Shown one piece after another: positions 24,701 through 36,899 of a DNA stretch of 64,000 nucleotides (its first letter is position 1; each line of letters begins with the position of its first letter). A program made the position numbers and the translations under genes. The notes beneath the pieces were generated by a model. It saw only the letters and a program-made list of their open reading frames with translations, was not told the origin of the DNA and searched no databases. Origin of the DNA: Octopus sinensis (Eukaryota); contig NC_043003.1 in the NCBI RefSeq assembly GCF_006345805.1, forward strand, positions 37,758,001 to 37,822,000, given 5' to 3'.

Positions 24701-27700
24701 ACCAAGGACAAAAATCATATTACACAGAGTAATTAGAGGAAAGGAAGTGTTCATGAATCTTTTCAAACCTCCAAGATTAGTGGGAAGAAGGGAAAGAGAA
24801 CTGTACCAAAAGCATCCACAGATCAGCCCTGAATACACTTCTTTAAGGGATTGGCAACATGTGGGTTAAAGATCTTTTGTAAAGAATTTTCAAAGTCAAA
24901 GTATTTGTGGATCACTGAACAGTTTATAGCTTTTAAATAGTGATTTGTGTCATGATTTTTATTAACATTTTGCTTATATAATAATTGCCAATGATGGAAA
25001 TTGTGTCACAGGAATATGGTGGGATATTTTTATAAGTATGATATGATATAGTATAATGAGTCATTGCAAATATATAAAAAAAAAAAATCAAAAGTGAGGC
25101 ATTACAAAAATAAATTGCTGATGTTTGCTCTGCACTAATACAAACCTTCAATGAAATCAAGGAGAGCGCCTCTACATAGCAGCTTGACCTGCTAGAAATA
25201 GATACCGAATTAAATCACATTCTGCCGTCTTAAGACTACATTGTATAATGTAGTCTTACATACACTTTGGCTGAATAAAAGGAGAGATGGTTATGGGTAG
25301 GCCATTTCTTATCATACGTTGGTTCAATCAAGAATGACTTGGTCTTAAGAAGAAAAAAAAACTTTTGTAATTTTTGCATAACATTAATTTCAAACTTTGG
25401 CACAAGATCAAGAATTTCAAGGGGGCGGGGATAAGTTGATTGCATCAACCCCAGTCTTCAACTGATACTTATTTTATCAACCCTGAAAGGATGAAAGACA
25501 AAGTTGACTTCGACTTTGCCTTTCATTGTCACATTACATTGCAATGTGTAATGGGACATCAACTTAAAGTCATCTAAAACCACCTCCTTTCCTGGTTACA
25601 ATCAGTGAAGTCTCAAACCATAGAATGAGTGTTACATAGGTGTGCCATCTGTCAGAAACAGCAGTTTGTCATTTTAAAATTACACCCAATAAGTTTTAAA
25701 AAAACCCCACATTGGATAAGGTAGCCATAGATACATTATATCTAACAAAATATTAAATGAATAAAGACAAAATGGCTATGGTGGTTGAATTGTTTGAAAC
25801 AGGAGTTGAACAATGAAGAGTCGACTCTGAAAGGTAGACTTCTTTGTTGTTGTGATTGTGACTAAGCAACAAAAAGGTGAGCCTTTGATGTTTGGCTGTA
25901 TATTACCTTTGAGACATAGAGATAGAAAGAGAGAGTCAGAGTGGGAGAGAATGTAGTGAGAGGGTGTGAGAGGAGGAAATAGCTGGAGAAGAGAAGTAGT
26001 AAGAGGAAAAGAGAGATAGTGGGGAAAAGAATATGAGTGAGAGAGTGGGTGAGAAAAAGGGAGGGAGAAAGATGAGAGAGAGAGAAACAAACAAGGTGAG
26101 TGTGAAAAAGAAAGAAGGAAGGAAATAAAGTGGATGAGAAAGGGAGGAGAAGAGGGACTGAGACTAAAATAAATGAGGTCTATGTTTTTGTAAGCTATCC
26201 TCATTAATGTGTGTAGTTATGTTTGTCATGTATATCTGGGGACCTCAATGATAGACTAGTACTGGGTCGTGGAGCATTTGATTGTGAGCCACACACAAAT
26301 AATAAATCTTAAAATTCTATTTCTATCTTATTAACTATCACAGTCTGCATGCTGTTTCTGCATTATATATACATATTATATATGTAATATAAATGTATAT
26401 TATATGTAATAATTAACATATATTATACACTTTATTTTGTTATATGTGTGATCATTCAGTCAGTGGGAAAATTGTCATGCATGAATGAAATTAGTCCATG
26501 GTACAAAAAAGTTTGGGGACCAATGATGTTAGCAACTATTTCTCTGCTCCCAGGAACCTGTTTAACACAACCTTTGATCTCGTTTTGCCCTCCCCAGGTT
26601 CTTGGTCTTTTATCCTCTTACCACCCATATCAACAGAGAAAACTCCACTTTTTACTGTTATGTATATCATTTATTGATGCCCTGTTGTCAACCACCTTAT
26701 GAAGGGTATATATCTTATGTACCACTGGCACGAGAGAGAATGTTTGCAACATGACCACATTGTCCCATCCTCTACCTTTCTGTTTTAATTTGGTCTCTGC
26801 TCACCTATTTGAGCAACCTTGCTGCAATTTAAGGCTTTTTTATTTGTCTGCTGGCAACGACACTGGGCACTGGCCAAACATCAACCATGGTCATAGAAAC
26901 TACATTTCTTCCTCAAACTAACTAACTTGATTAAGTGATAGATAGACAGAGACAGAGAGGAGAGAAGAGTTTTATTTACAACACTGTTAAAGAATCAAGC
27001 CAATAAAGAGACCTCTAAGTGAACATCAAACCTGTTAGTAATAGCAGCCAAATCTCCTTCAAACTACACCTACTATCTTAATAAAAATGAAAGACACATT
27101 AGATACTATAGTCTCAGATACTCAATCTTCAACATATATATGTACACGCACACACATATATTTTATTACTAAAGCTGCAAAAACAACACAAAAATATCAC
27201 AATAAACTGCTAATCAGAGTTTCACATTCCTGTTCGTTGGACATTGCAGTTTTAATAATAATAATAAAGCATATTACTCTACTTCCAGTATTTGAGTACT
27301 ATTTTTTCCCATCCTGTTTCACATTTATGTGCTTACTTTGGTATGTATGTGCCTCCAATTTGTGCATAAATTGTGTTTTACAATTGTATGGATTTTTTTA
27401 GTCCAAATATATTGTATTTTAAATTGTAAGAGGGTTAATACCTCTGTATATGATGTTTTTAAAGAACAATGTTTTAGAGAAGCAGACGGTTGGCGGGCCG
27501 CTTTCTGTCTTCTATCTTTATCATTTTTGTATCATAATCATTCACCTCATCAATGTCTATGTCCAGCCCGCAAAGCTATCTTATCTATGTGCTGCCTACA
27601 TGGCAAATTTAATGAATAAAAACGTATGTATGTATGTGTGTGTGTGTGTTAGATAGATAGACAGACAGACAGACAGATAGATAGATAATCATTCTTTAAT

Positions 27701-28441
27701 GTCAATGTTCAATGCTGACATGTGTAGGATGGTTTGACCAGAACTGGCAAGTAGGAAGGCTGCACCAAGTTCAGCTGACTGTTTTGACAAGGTTTCTACA
27801 GCTGAATGCCCTTCCTAACACCAAGCACTTCACAGGGTGTACTGAATGCTTTTTATGTGGCAGCAAACAGTAGCAGTGAGATCACCAAGTAACTTACAGA
27901 ACAAAACCCCTCAACTGGTGGGGAGTAGTACTAAGGGAGAGAAAAGGTGTCTTACATTAGAAGAGAAGCATGGCTATCTCAGATGGAGAGAAAGATGGTA
28001 AAGATGTAAGAGGGATGGGGGCAGAGGCAGTATACCCAAGTTACAGAGAGGTGTACAAGGTGTACATAGAGAAGTGGACCTGGGATTGGAGAGGGTGAAT
28101 GGGTAGGTGAGTTTACAAGATTGCAAAAGGAGAGTGGGAGCTAGAGAGGGTGATGTAATGATGGGCACTGTTAGAGGGAGGGGTTTTTAGGAGGATATGT
28201 TGCAGGGAAGGGATTTAACAGGGGCATATTATGTGCAGGTAGGTTCGTGAGGAAGAATGGAGGAGTATAGAATACAGCAATATATAAATATAGTTCACAG
28301 ATGAGATCCAGAGATTCTCCGTATAGAAGACGCTTAGTAGTCCTCAAATATTCAGACTTAGACACTGATGTCTTAACAGGGTATCATTCTGCAAGGTAAA
28401 GAAAGGCTACAAGAGGGATCAAATTGAGCAGGTATAGAGGT

Positions 28442-28510
28442 AATTATGCGGATAAACAAATTAGATACATCAAATATATTTAATGCATCTAATTTGTTTA
28501 TCTGCATAAT

Positions 28511-28511
<1 letters not shown>
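28442..28511. repeat. 70-bp hairpin, 29-bp arms
   Basis: aattatgcggataaacaaattagatacat pairs with atgcatctaatttgtttatctgcataatt (two differences); 12-nt loop. Confidence 0.8.
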
Positions 28512-28550
<39 letters not shown>

Positions 28551-28558
<8 letters not shown>

Positions 28559-28806
28559 GAAATAAGGTACTCAGAAATCTGACTGGTTTTATATTTACAG
28601 ATTTTTATTAATATGTCACATGTTTTTATAAATCATATGTTAGCGCTTGCATCAACTCTAGTAGACTCTTCAGATTTGAATGTGTCTACTAGAATCTACT
28701 AGAGTAGATGCAAGCACTAATATATGATTTATAAAAACATGTGACATAATAAAAATATGTAAATATAAAACCATCCAGATTTCTGGGTACCTTATTTCTT
28801 CTAATA
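28551..28806. repeat. ~256-bp fold-back palindrome, probably Penelope-like, next to (TA)n
   Basis: Arms 28551-28668 and 28692-28806 are about 90% reverse-complementary. Confidence 0.9.
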
Positions 28807-28834
28807 TATAATACCTGTACATCACTTCCAAACC

Positions 28835-28872
<38 letters not shown>

Positions 28873-28898
28873 GTTCTTTGATTATAGATCTACTCAAG

Positions 28899-29818
28899 AC
28901 TATTTAAAATCATATATGGCTGTGGTACAACTACACTTAGAATTTGTATCTCCAGTCAAGCCTCCCCCCTACCTTGTCCAGAATATTGATCTGCAGGAAT
29001 CTGTCCAGCGACATGCAACCAGACGAATATTTTTTGTCAGTTACTTGCCAAATCATGAACATATTGCTTCTCTGAGCATTGACACACTACAGTTTTGACA
29101 TTTAGCAGATGACTTGACAGAAGCCCACAAGACTATTCACCATCTTTCCAATACTTCTACTACTTGTGGACATGCTTATAAAATCAAAGAAAACAGTGCA
29201 GCACCTATGACTTTCAGAAACATTTTTCTCCCATTCAAAATTGTCAAAGCATGGAATAAACTACCCGTGTCAGTTATTGGCTGTCAGGACACAGCATCTT
29301 TCAAAAATTCCATTTTCTCAAAATCCAACAACACTACTTCTGATGTGTCTATGCACTTTTTTGTCATTATGATTCTTCTAATATTCAATTCTCTATCTTT
29401 TTGTGTTTAATTCTGTGTACTGTGCACCTACTTCAAGCCTTCATTACTGTCTTTCTTTACTTCACTTATATACTTTTACTTTTTACTTGTTTCAGTCATA
29501 TGACTGTGGCCATGCTGGAGCACCGCCTTTAGTCGAGCAAATCGACCCCAGGACTTATTCTTTGTAAGCCTAGTACTTATTCTATCGGTCTTTTTTGTTG
29601 AACCGCTAAGTTACGGGGACGTAAACACACCAGCATCGGTTGTCAAGTGATGTTGGGGGGACAAATGCAGACACAAAAACATATATATATATACATATAT
29701 ATGACGAGCTTCTTTCAGTTTCCGTCTGGCTTTGGTCGGCCGTCCCGTCTTTTAACCTTTTCTGATGAATTGTAACACATCTGAGCACTGTATACAATAA
29801 GATCATTATCATTATTAT
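28899..29818 (+). mobile_element. CR1 LINE 3' fragment interrupted by a SINE
   Basis: Translations YMAVVQLHLEFVSP, ESVQRHATRRI, CGHAYKIK, KIVKAWNKLP and ASFKNS. The 3' tail ctgagcactgtatacaataa resumes at about 29780. Confidence 0.85.
29455..29745 (-). mobile_element. Family A SINE (5'-truncated) nested in CR1
   Basis: Typical SINE tail and body, truncated after gtttccgtct. Confidence 0.85.
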
Positions 29819-31278
29819 TTAAGATGGTAGTGAGTGATTTGAAGGAAACTTGGCTGTTATTTCTTGCAGGTCAAGTGGCTATGTAGATATACCCTATCAA
29901 TCAATATAAAAACACAGAGAATGATTAACAAAGAAAGAAATGTTCTCATGGCTAGCTGTTTGTTAGACACAGTATCTGAATCAAGGACTGAAAATTTAAA
30001 AATTAGAACGTGTGAAATGACAACGCAACCCATAACTGGGTATAATAAATAAACCAGTCACCTCTTTATTGTTATAAATTTAGGATGTCTGAAAAAGCAC
30101 TGTATTGTCCCAGTAACTTATGAAAAGTTACAGGGGAAAAAATAGAATACTCACAATGTATTTATATATTTACACATGCACAAGTATGGCTGTGTGTAAA
30201 ATAAGAGGAATGGTTAGTTTTTAAGTCTGGATATGTGCCAAATTGTTGGAGCAATTGGGCAGGTATCTTCTACCATAGCCTCAAGGTAACCAATGTCTTG
30301 GAAGTGAAATTTGGAAAATGAAAACTCTGTGTGTGTGTGTGTGTGTGTGTGCATATGTGCATGCGTGCATGTGTGTGTATGAGTGCACATACGTAAGTAT
30401 CTACATTTGTTTATTTTGGTGTAAATATCTCATCATGATCATGTTAGTAAAAGACCATTGGCTGCCTTAAAGAGATGTAACTCTGGTAAAATTCAAGAAA
30501 GTGAATGTGTCGAAATATGAACACAATCCAAATGACTGAAACCAGTAGAAGTGTATGCAGGAGCTCAATAGAGTTACCTGTTTGAATATTCATGGTCATG
30601 ATGTTTATATGTAATTAGAGGTGATCAGTCTGATTGAACTTTCTCTCGAATTGTGGTTGGCTACATGTGAACTACAGCTTATAAGAGGGTCACTGAGATA
30701 TTCTCTGTGGGCCTCAAACCTTTTCTAAAAAATTTTCTGAAGTAATGTTTTTATGGACAAATGAGCATTTGATGGCTTTTTAGATGGCTTTTTGTATTAT
30801 AATTTGTTTAATTTTTACTTACATAAGGACTGCCAGTGATGAAAATAGCACAGGGATACATGGTGATATTTTTCTATGCAAGATATAATATACATCTGGC
30901 CCACAAGCAAATGTAAAAAGATTAGAAGTGGACCATTAAAAAGTGAAGCTGTTGATCTCTGCCAAAAGTTTATTTTTATGGTTTAGTGGCAGATAAAAAT
31001 ATAACATCTATAACCCTTTGGGAGGCATCAAAACTAGTGAGAGAAAAGAATTTATCTTCTGACAAAAAATCTTACCCAAATGCTTGCAACAGATTGGACC
31101 TCACTAAAGACACCTAAGGACAAGTCAGTGGTGGTGTTAATACTAGTGACAAATTAAGTCAACCATCCAAGAAAAGTAGTCACTCCAGTAGGTTTCCACA
31201 CAGTTTCTTTCTACTCAGTTTTGCTCACAAGACTTGGTGAAATTCAAAGCTACAATAGAAGATACTTGCAAAAGGCGC

Positions 31279-31465
31279 TGTAGCGTATCTGTAAATAAAA
31301 TCTTCTTCTCTCTCAAACAGTAGAACGGTTTGTTGTCCTCATTTATTCCTTTCGGCACTGTATTTTATATCATGTATTTGGCTTCTTATTTTGTTAGGGG
31401 CAACCGTGCATCGTTCCAAAGGAGACATTTGTCACCAACTCCTTACATACGGTCATATCCCTACA
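31279..31465. mobile_element. Candidate 187-bp solo LTR inserted in a family A SINE
   Basis: TGTAG...CTACA termini. It splits a SINE at aaggcgc|...|gtacca, giving a degenerate 4-bp TSD (gcgc/gtac from gtgc), and it is CpG-rich. Confidence 0.6.
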
Positions 31466-32991
31466 GTACCATGCATTGAGATCTTACCAAAGACTTAATG
31501 ATGGCAAACATTTACCAAACACTTACCAGTAGATACACACAGTGATATGAGTGCAGCTTTGGCTGCGTTATTAAAAAGTTTGCTTTGCAAACACATGGTT
31601 CCAAGTTCAATCCCACTATATAGCACTTTGAGCAAGTATTTGCTGCAATATATTTGAGTTAGCTAATGTCATGTGAGTGAAAATAGTAAATTTGTCTCTT
31701 GCTCCTTTACAAGATGATAGAATGTGTGATCTGATGGAGATCTGAATGCTGTTTCCAGCAGATTAGGCAACCACATAGTGACCTCATCATTGACATAGAA
31801 AGGTGACATCATATCAGTAGGTAAGAGTATCAAAATTGTAGACAGAATTTTGTCTTTGGCTTAGTGTAAAATTGGGAGACATATTTGACATTTATCTAGA
31901 TTGTTTCTCCAATAATTTGTGTTTTTGCGACCTACTAATGTGTCTAGGCGTGTGCGCGCGCGCGTGTGTGTGTGTGTGTGTGTGTGAATGTGTGTGTTAA
32001 AGAGAATGTATGAGAAATAAAGACAGAGAGAATGAGAGGCAGCTACATGAGAGAATAAGAGAGAATGAAGGAGAAAGAGAGAGACAGTGCTTGAGAAAAA
32101 AAAAATAGTTTGAAAGAGGGGGAGAGAGATAGAGAGAGAGGTTGTAAAAGAGATAGTGTGAGAAAGAGAGTGTGTGTGTGCAAATGTCTGTGTGTATGTG
32201 TGTGTGTGTGAGAGAGAGAGAGAAAGAGAGAGGGAGAGAGAGACTGTGTGTGTGTAAGATAAAGAAAGAGAGAGGGGAATGGATGATAAGAATATCCAGT
32301 CCCTCTCACCAACTACAAACACAAACTACACCTATTTATTACTAGTATAGTTTAGTTGTTGATATGCATGACAAATTTAGGAGCAAGACAAAACAGTAGA
32401 TAAAATAGATATTCCAAACCCCACCCCTGAAAACAACTAAACATAAAACCTGTAATAAAGAAATCTTGCATGCAACGTATTATTAATGCTACTGGCCTCT
32501 TTGGCTTTGTTTTGTTTTGTTTCTTTTGACATGAAGATTTCTGATGGTTTTATAGCTGAGGTTATTATTTAGAGTTTAATAACCACTATTTCAGTCTTTC
32601 AGTGAATGTCAGTGTGAGTTAGTGATTAAAATATCCATTTTGTAACCATGTGGTTCTAAATTTGAGTCCAATAGACAATACTATGGGCAAGTGTCTTCTA
32701 TCATGGCCTTGGATTGACCAATAACTTGTGTGTGGAATTTGATAGACGGAAGATGTAAATAAGCTTATCGCTCACACACACACATCCACACATATATAAA
32801 TGCTCCTTGTATTTCAAGAGATGGCTTTGTCCTACGTAACCACAAAACTTTCAATTACAAGGAATTGGGTCAAACTGTTATTTAATAAATAAACATATAA
32901 AGAGAGTTGAAGACAAGAAGAGCATCTGGCATTAGAAAGTCTGCCTCAATAAATTTCATCCAAAAAGTGGACTATATATACATATATATAT

Positions 32992-33246
32992 CACCGTGAT
33001 CAGGCTATCAGATGTTGCTACACATCACTGGTCACAATGTGCTTCGCATTGTTTTAGCCTTCAAATGACGCCACCCCGCTGGCTAAGCGAGCAGGCCAAC
33101 AGAAGAAAGAGTGAGAGAAAGTTGTGGCGAAAGAATACAGCAGGTGTTTTCGCTCAATAAACACTCACAACGCCCGGTCTGGGAATCGAAACCATGATCC
33201 TACGACCGCGAGTCCGCTGCCCTAACCACTGGGCCATTGCGCCTCC
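32992..33246 (-). mobile_element. CpG-rich tRNA-derived SINE inserted in (TA)n
   Basis: Minus-strand head GGAGGCGCAATGGCCCAGTGGTTAGGGCAGCGGACTCGCGG...GGTTTCGATTCCCAGACC with A and B boxes. Confidence 0.8.
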
Positions 33247-34339
33247 ATATACATATATATATATATAAAATCATTTAATGTCTGCTTAATGATGATGATG
33301 ATTTTCTGTGTGTGTGAGGACACATGGCTTAGTGGTTAGAGTGTTGCCCTCACGATCACTAGATAACAGTTTCAATTCTAAAATGTAATAGTTTCTCTTC
33401 ACCCAAATGATATGCTTTTGCAGTAAATTGCAAAAGATAGTATCACTTGTATGACACTGTTGTTTGTTTGTACTTAACACATGATGACAAAGCAAGGAGA
33501 AAGAAACCCCAAACATCACACAAACTTACATATATGTACACACACACACAGAGATACATGTACCTTTTTTCTACTTCTATATCTAAACATATATACATCT
33601 GAATATATATTAGTGTGTATGTAATTATCAACCTCATCATTTTGCTTCTGTATTCAATGCTGGCATAAGCTGTATGGTTTGACAGGTCAGAGGACTGTGT
33701 CAATCTCCAATGTCTGTTTTGACAGTTTCTCCAGCTAGATGTCTTTCCTAACACCAACCACTTAAACAGATTGTACTGGGTGCTTTTCCATGTCACCAGC
33801 ACTAGTGAGGCTGTCACTTAGCTTACAGGAGAAGACACCCTGATTGAGTAGTGGCAGGTGTAGTATTGAGAGAGGTTGTTTATACAAGGCATTGAGAAGC
33901 AACAGTATGTGTCTTGCTGAAGAGGAGTTATGTGGCTACCCCAGTTAGAAAAGGAGAGAAACTGATGGGTTATCAGAACATGTCCTCAAGGTACAAGAGG
34001 ATGAATGTGAGGTGGATGGGGACAGGTGAGGTACATTCATGATAATGTGAGGTGAGTGACAAATGGCTAGAGGTAGAGGTATAGGTGATGCAGTGAATGG
34101 CAAACAGGGTTGGGAGGTGGGAGGGGGGGCACAGTTAATGGTGAATAGCAGTTTAAGAGAAGATAAAGAAAACAGGAGTGAATTAGGGAGGAGGAGGTGA
34201 TGGTGGAAACAGCATTGTAATAAAAGCATAGAGATGAGAAATAGAGAGAGGTAATGTAAAGTGTGGGGTGGGGGAGACGGGTGCTCAGTGACAAAGGCAG
34301 AAATCAGAGGTAAAAGTATATACAGATAAAGAGTGTGAA

Positions 34340-34890
34340 GGTGCAAGGCTCACAATCATGAGGTAGTGAATTCCATTCCTGGACCAGGCTGTGTGTTAGG
34401 TTCTTGAGCAAGACACTTTATTTCACATTGCTCTAGTTTGTTCAGCTGTAGAAATGAGTTCTAATGTCACGCTGTCTAGGTCTTTGCTTTCCTTTAGATA
34501 TTTTTTTAATTTCTTTATTGCCCACAGGAGGCTAAATGTAGAGAGCACAAACAAGGACAGACAAAGCGATTAAGTCAATTTTATCGACCCCAGTATGTAA
34601 CTGGTACTTATTTAATCGATCCCGAAAGGATGAAAGGCAAAGTTGACATCGGTGGAATTTGAACTCAGAATGTAACAGCAGGCGAAATACCGCTAAGCAT
34701 TTCGCCCGGTGTGCTAACAGTTCTGCCAGCTCGCTGCCTTAGATAACATTGGTAGCATGGAAAGGGGAGGCTGGTATCCATAGATGACTGCTAGTCTTCC
34801 ATAAACAACCTTGTCCAGACTTGTATCCAGAGGGGAACTTTCTATGTGCAATCCCCAAGGTCATTCATAACCAAAGGGGCTCTTTACTTC
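34340..34890 (+). mobile_element. Family C SINE interrupted by an antisense family B SINE (34505-34741)
   Basis: The host SINE resumes after the insert (ttagata on both sides) and is the reverse complement of 49860-50190. The insert has a clean gacaaagcgattaagtc...ttctgccagctcgctgcc body. Confidence 0.75.
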
Positions 34891-35954
34891 TGCTGAGTAA
34901 GGATGGAGGAGGGGGGGGGGCTCGTTGGCCAATATGAGATGGTGTTCATTAGTGGTATGGGATGATATTGAAAAACTAATCCACAAGAGGTCTCATATCC
35001 TCAACTTTATAGCTTAAATGGTGAGAGATTCCTTTACATTCAAGCTTCTGTATTTGAACCTTTCAGAAGAGTAATAAAGAAAAATAAGACAAGGGTGGCT
35101 TCAATAAGACTTGAAACCAGGTGAAAAAACTACAAAACTGATTGTGTATCACCCAATCTTACTAGCAATATTACTAAGGTACTCTGCATTCTTATATATC
35201 TAAGCTACATTTTATATTATATTACCAGAACCTCGGGGCAAGTCTGATCAGTTATCTAAATATCAAATGAATTCTAGTTGAGACCATTTGGTCTTTCCTT
35301 CTTTCCTTTGTACTTTCTTCATTTTTTTTAGATTGTATGTCTAGAGTATATTATCCAATGTCTCCTTTCTTTAAGACAGTAGAATGTAATTTGAAGGAGA
35401 TATGAGGTGATATTTCTAGCAAGTCAAGCTGCTATGTAATGGTTGATTTTGTAGTTGGCACATGCTCAGTGTTGGCATGTGATTCTTTAGTAACAAAATA
35501 TTACTTGGCTATTATGATAATTCATTATTGATTCCAGCCCTTAATGCTTGTAACGACTAACTCATTTGTATTAAAGATGAATAATTTATTTGCCATCTGT
35601 GTGAAAAACAACATGTATGTTTGTGCTAACATGTTTAATGTATGGGTTATTAAAAAGCTAATTAGAAATAATTATGCAGTGAGAAAAAAAAAACCAAAAA
35701 ACAAAAGTTAGACAACAACCAATAATATCTCTTCCATTTTCCAACTTAAGCAAGTATCTTCTGTCATAGCTCCAGATTGACCAATATTTTAAGAGTGGAC
35801 AGAAATTTTTCAGAAGTCCATTATGCGTGTGTACTTGCTTGAGTGTTGTGTGTGTGTGTGTGTGCGTGTGAGAGAGAGAGAGAGTGTCACAGTTCTCCAA
35901 CTAGTTGGATCTTGTCAAACTGTCTAATGCATAAACTAGCATTAGAATCATACA

Positions 35955-35985
<31 letters not shown>

Positions 35986-36260
35986 ATGTGTGTGAATTTC
36001 TGTGTTTGTTTTAATAGTTATACTTACCTGTGTAAACCAATGTTGCCACCCTTTTAAACAAAGGTTAATTACCCATTCCATAAACCAGAGATTGTTAAAA
36101 CAAGTAGGTACAATACTGAAATTATGTACAAGAGGTTTATTATGATTGACTCTAAATATCCTTGAAGGTGATACTTCAGTATGGCTACAATCCAATGAGT
36201 GAAGCCAGTAAAAGAATAAAAGTGAGAGAGACAACTCCAAAATTATTTTTGCTTAATATA

Positions 36261-36301
<41 letters not shown>

Positions 36302-36305
<4 letters not shown>

Positions 36306-36478
36306 TCAGTGGCAAGAGAAGAAGAGGCCGACCAAGAACCCGCTGGCTTGACACCATCAAGAGTGACACGGGAATGGCCATAGCCAATCTGAAAGAAGCG
36401 ATCCAGGATAGAACTGGCTGGAGAACACTGATCCATCGAATAACCAAGAGTCGACTTTGACTGAACGGATATCACATC
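36302..36478 (+). mobile_element. RTE (BovB-like) ORF2 C-terminal fragment
   Basis: Translates VSGKRRRGRPRTRWLDTIKSDTGMAIANLKEAIQDRTGWRTLIHRITKSRL*LNG; follows a (TA)n tract. Confidence 0.85.
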
Positions 36479-36526
36479 ATATATACATACGCACTAATAC
36501 TCTCTCATACACACACACACACACTT

Positions 36527-36856
36527 ATGTTGGAGTGAGGTCATTCAACCCTATTATCTCCCCTAATTTCGCTCTTGCGTCTCATGTTTGATCTTTGACT
36601 TCTGGCCGAAATCAGATCGCCATGTTGATTCGCTAGCTTCTGCACGCATATTTTTTTTCTCTCCTTCTTTCTCTGTTTTTTCTCTGTGTATCTTTCTGTT
36701 GAAGAGCGTAGGCTCGAAACGTTAAAGACTTGTTTTATTTATATTTCCTGAGCGCCATACTAATACAATTGTTTGTTTGTATTCCACCTGCCTTCGTCTT
36801 TTGTTTATTTCCGTAAACCTGCCTTCGTCTTTTGTCTATATTCATAAAGCTTCCCG

Positions 36857-36858
<2 letters not shown>
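36527..36858 (+). mobile_element. Penelope-like terminal repeat with hammerhead-like motif
   Basis: Contains TCTTT-CTGTTGA-A-GAGCGTAGGCTC-GAAACGTT-AAAGA, is CpG-rich and runs into (TA)n. Confidence 0.6.

Positions 36859-36899
<41 letters not shown>

Noticed and set aside
31861-32322. Long ORFs over CA/GA/GATA microsatellites (also 16653-16999, 25776-26204, 33945-34346, 44072-44406)
   Set aside because: They are low-complexity translation artefacts of simple repeats.
33170-33246. tRNA-like sequence with A and B boxes
   Set aside because: It is a SINE head that continues into a SINE body; no complete cloverleaf or acceptor stem.
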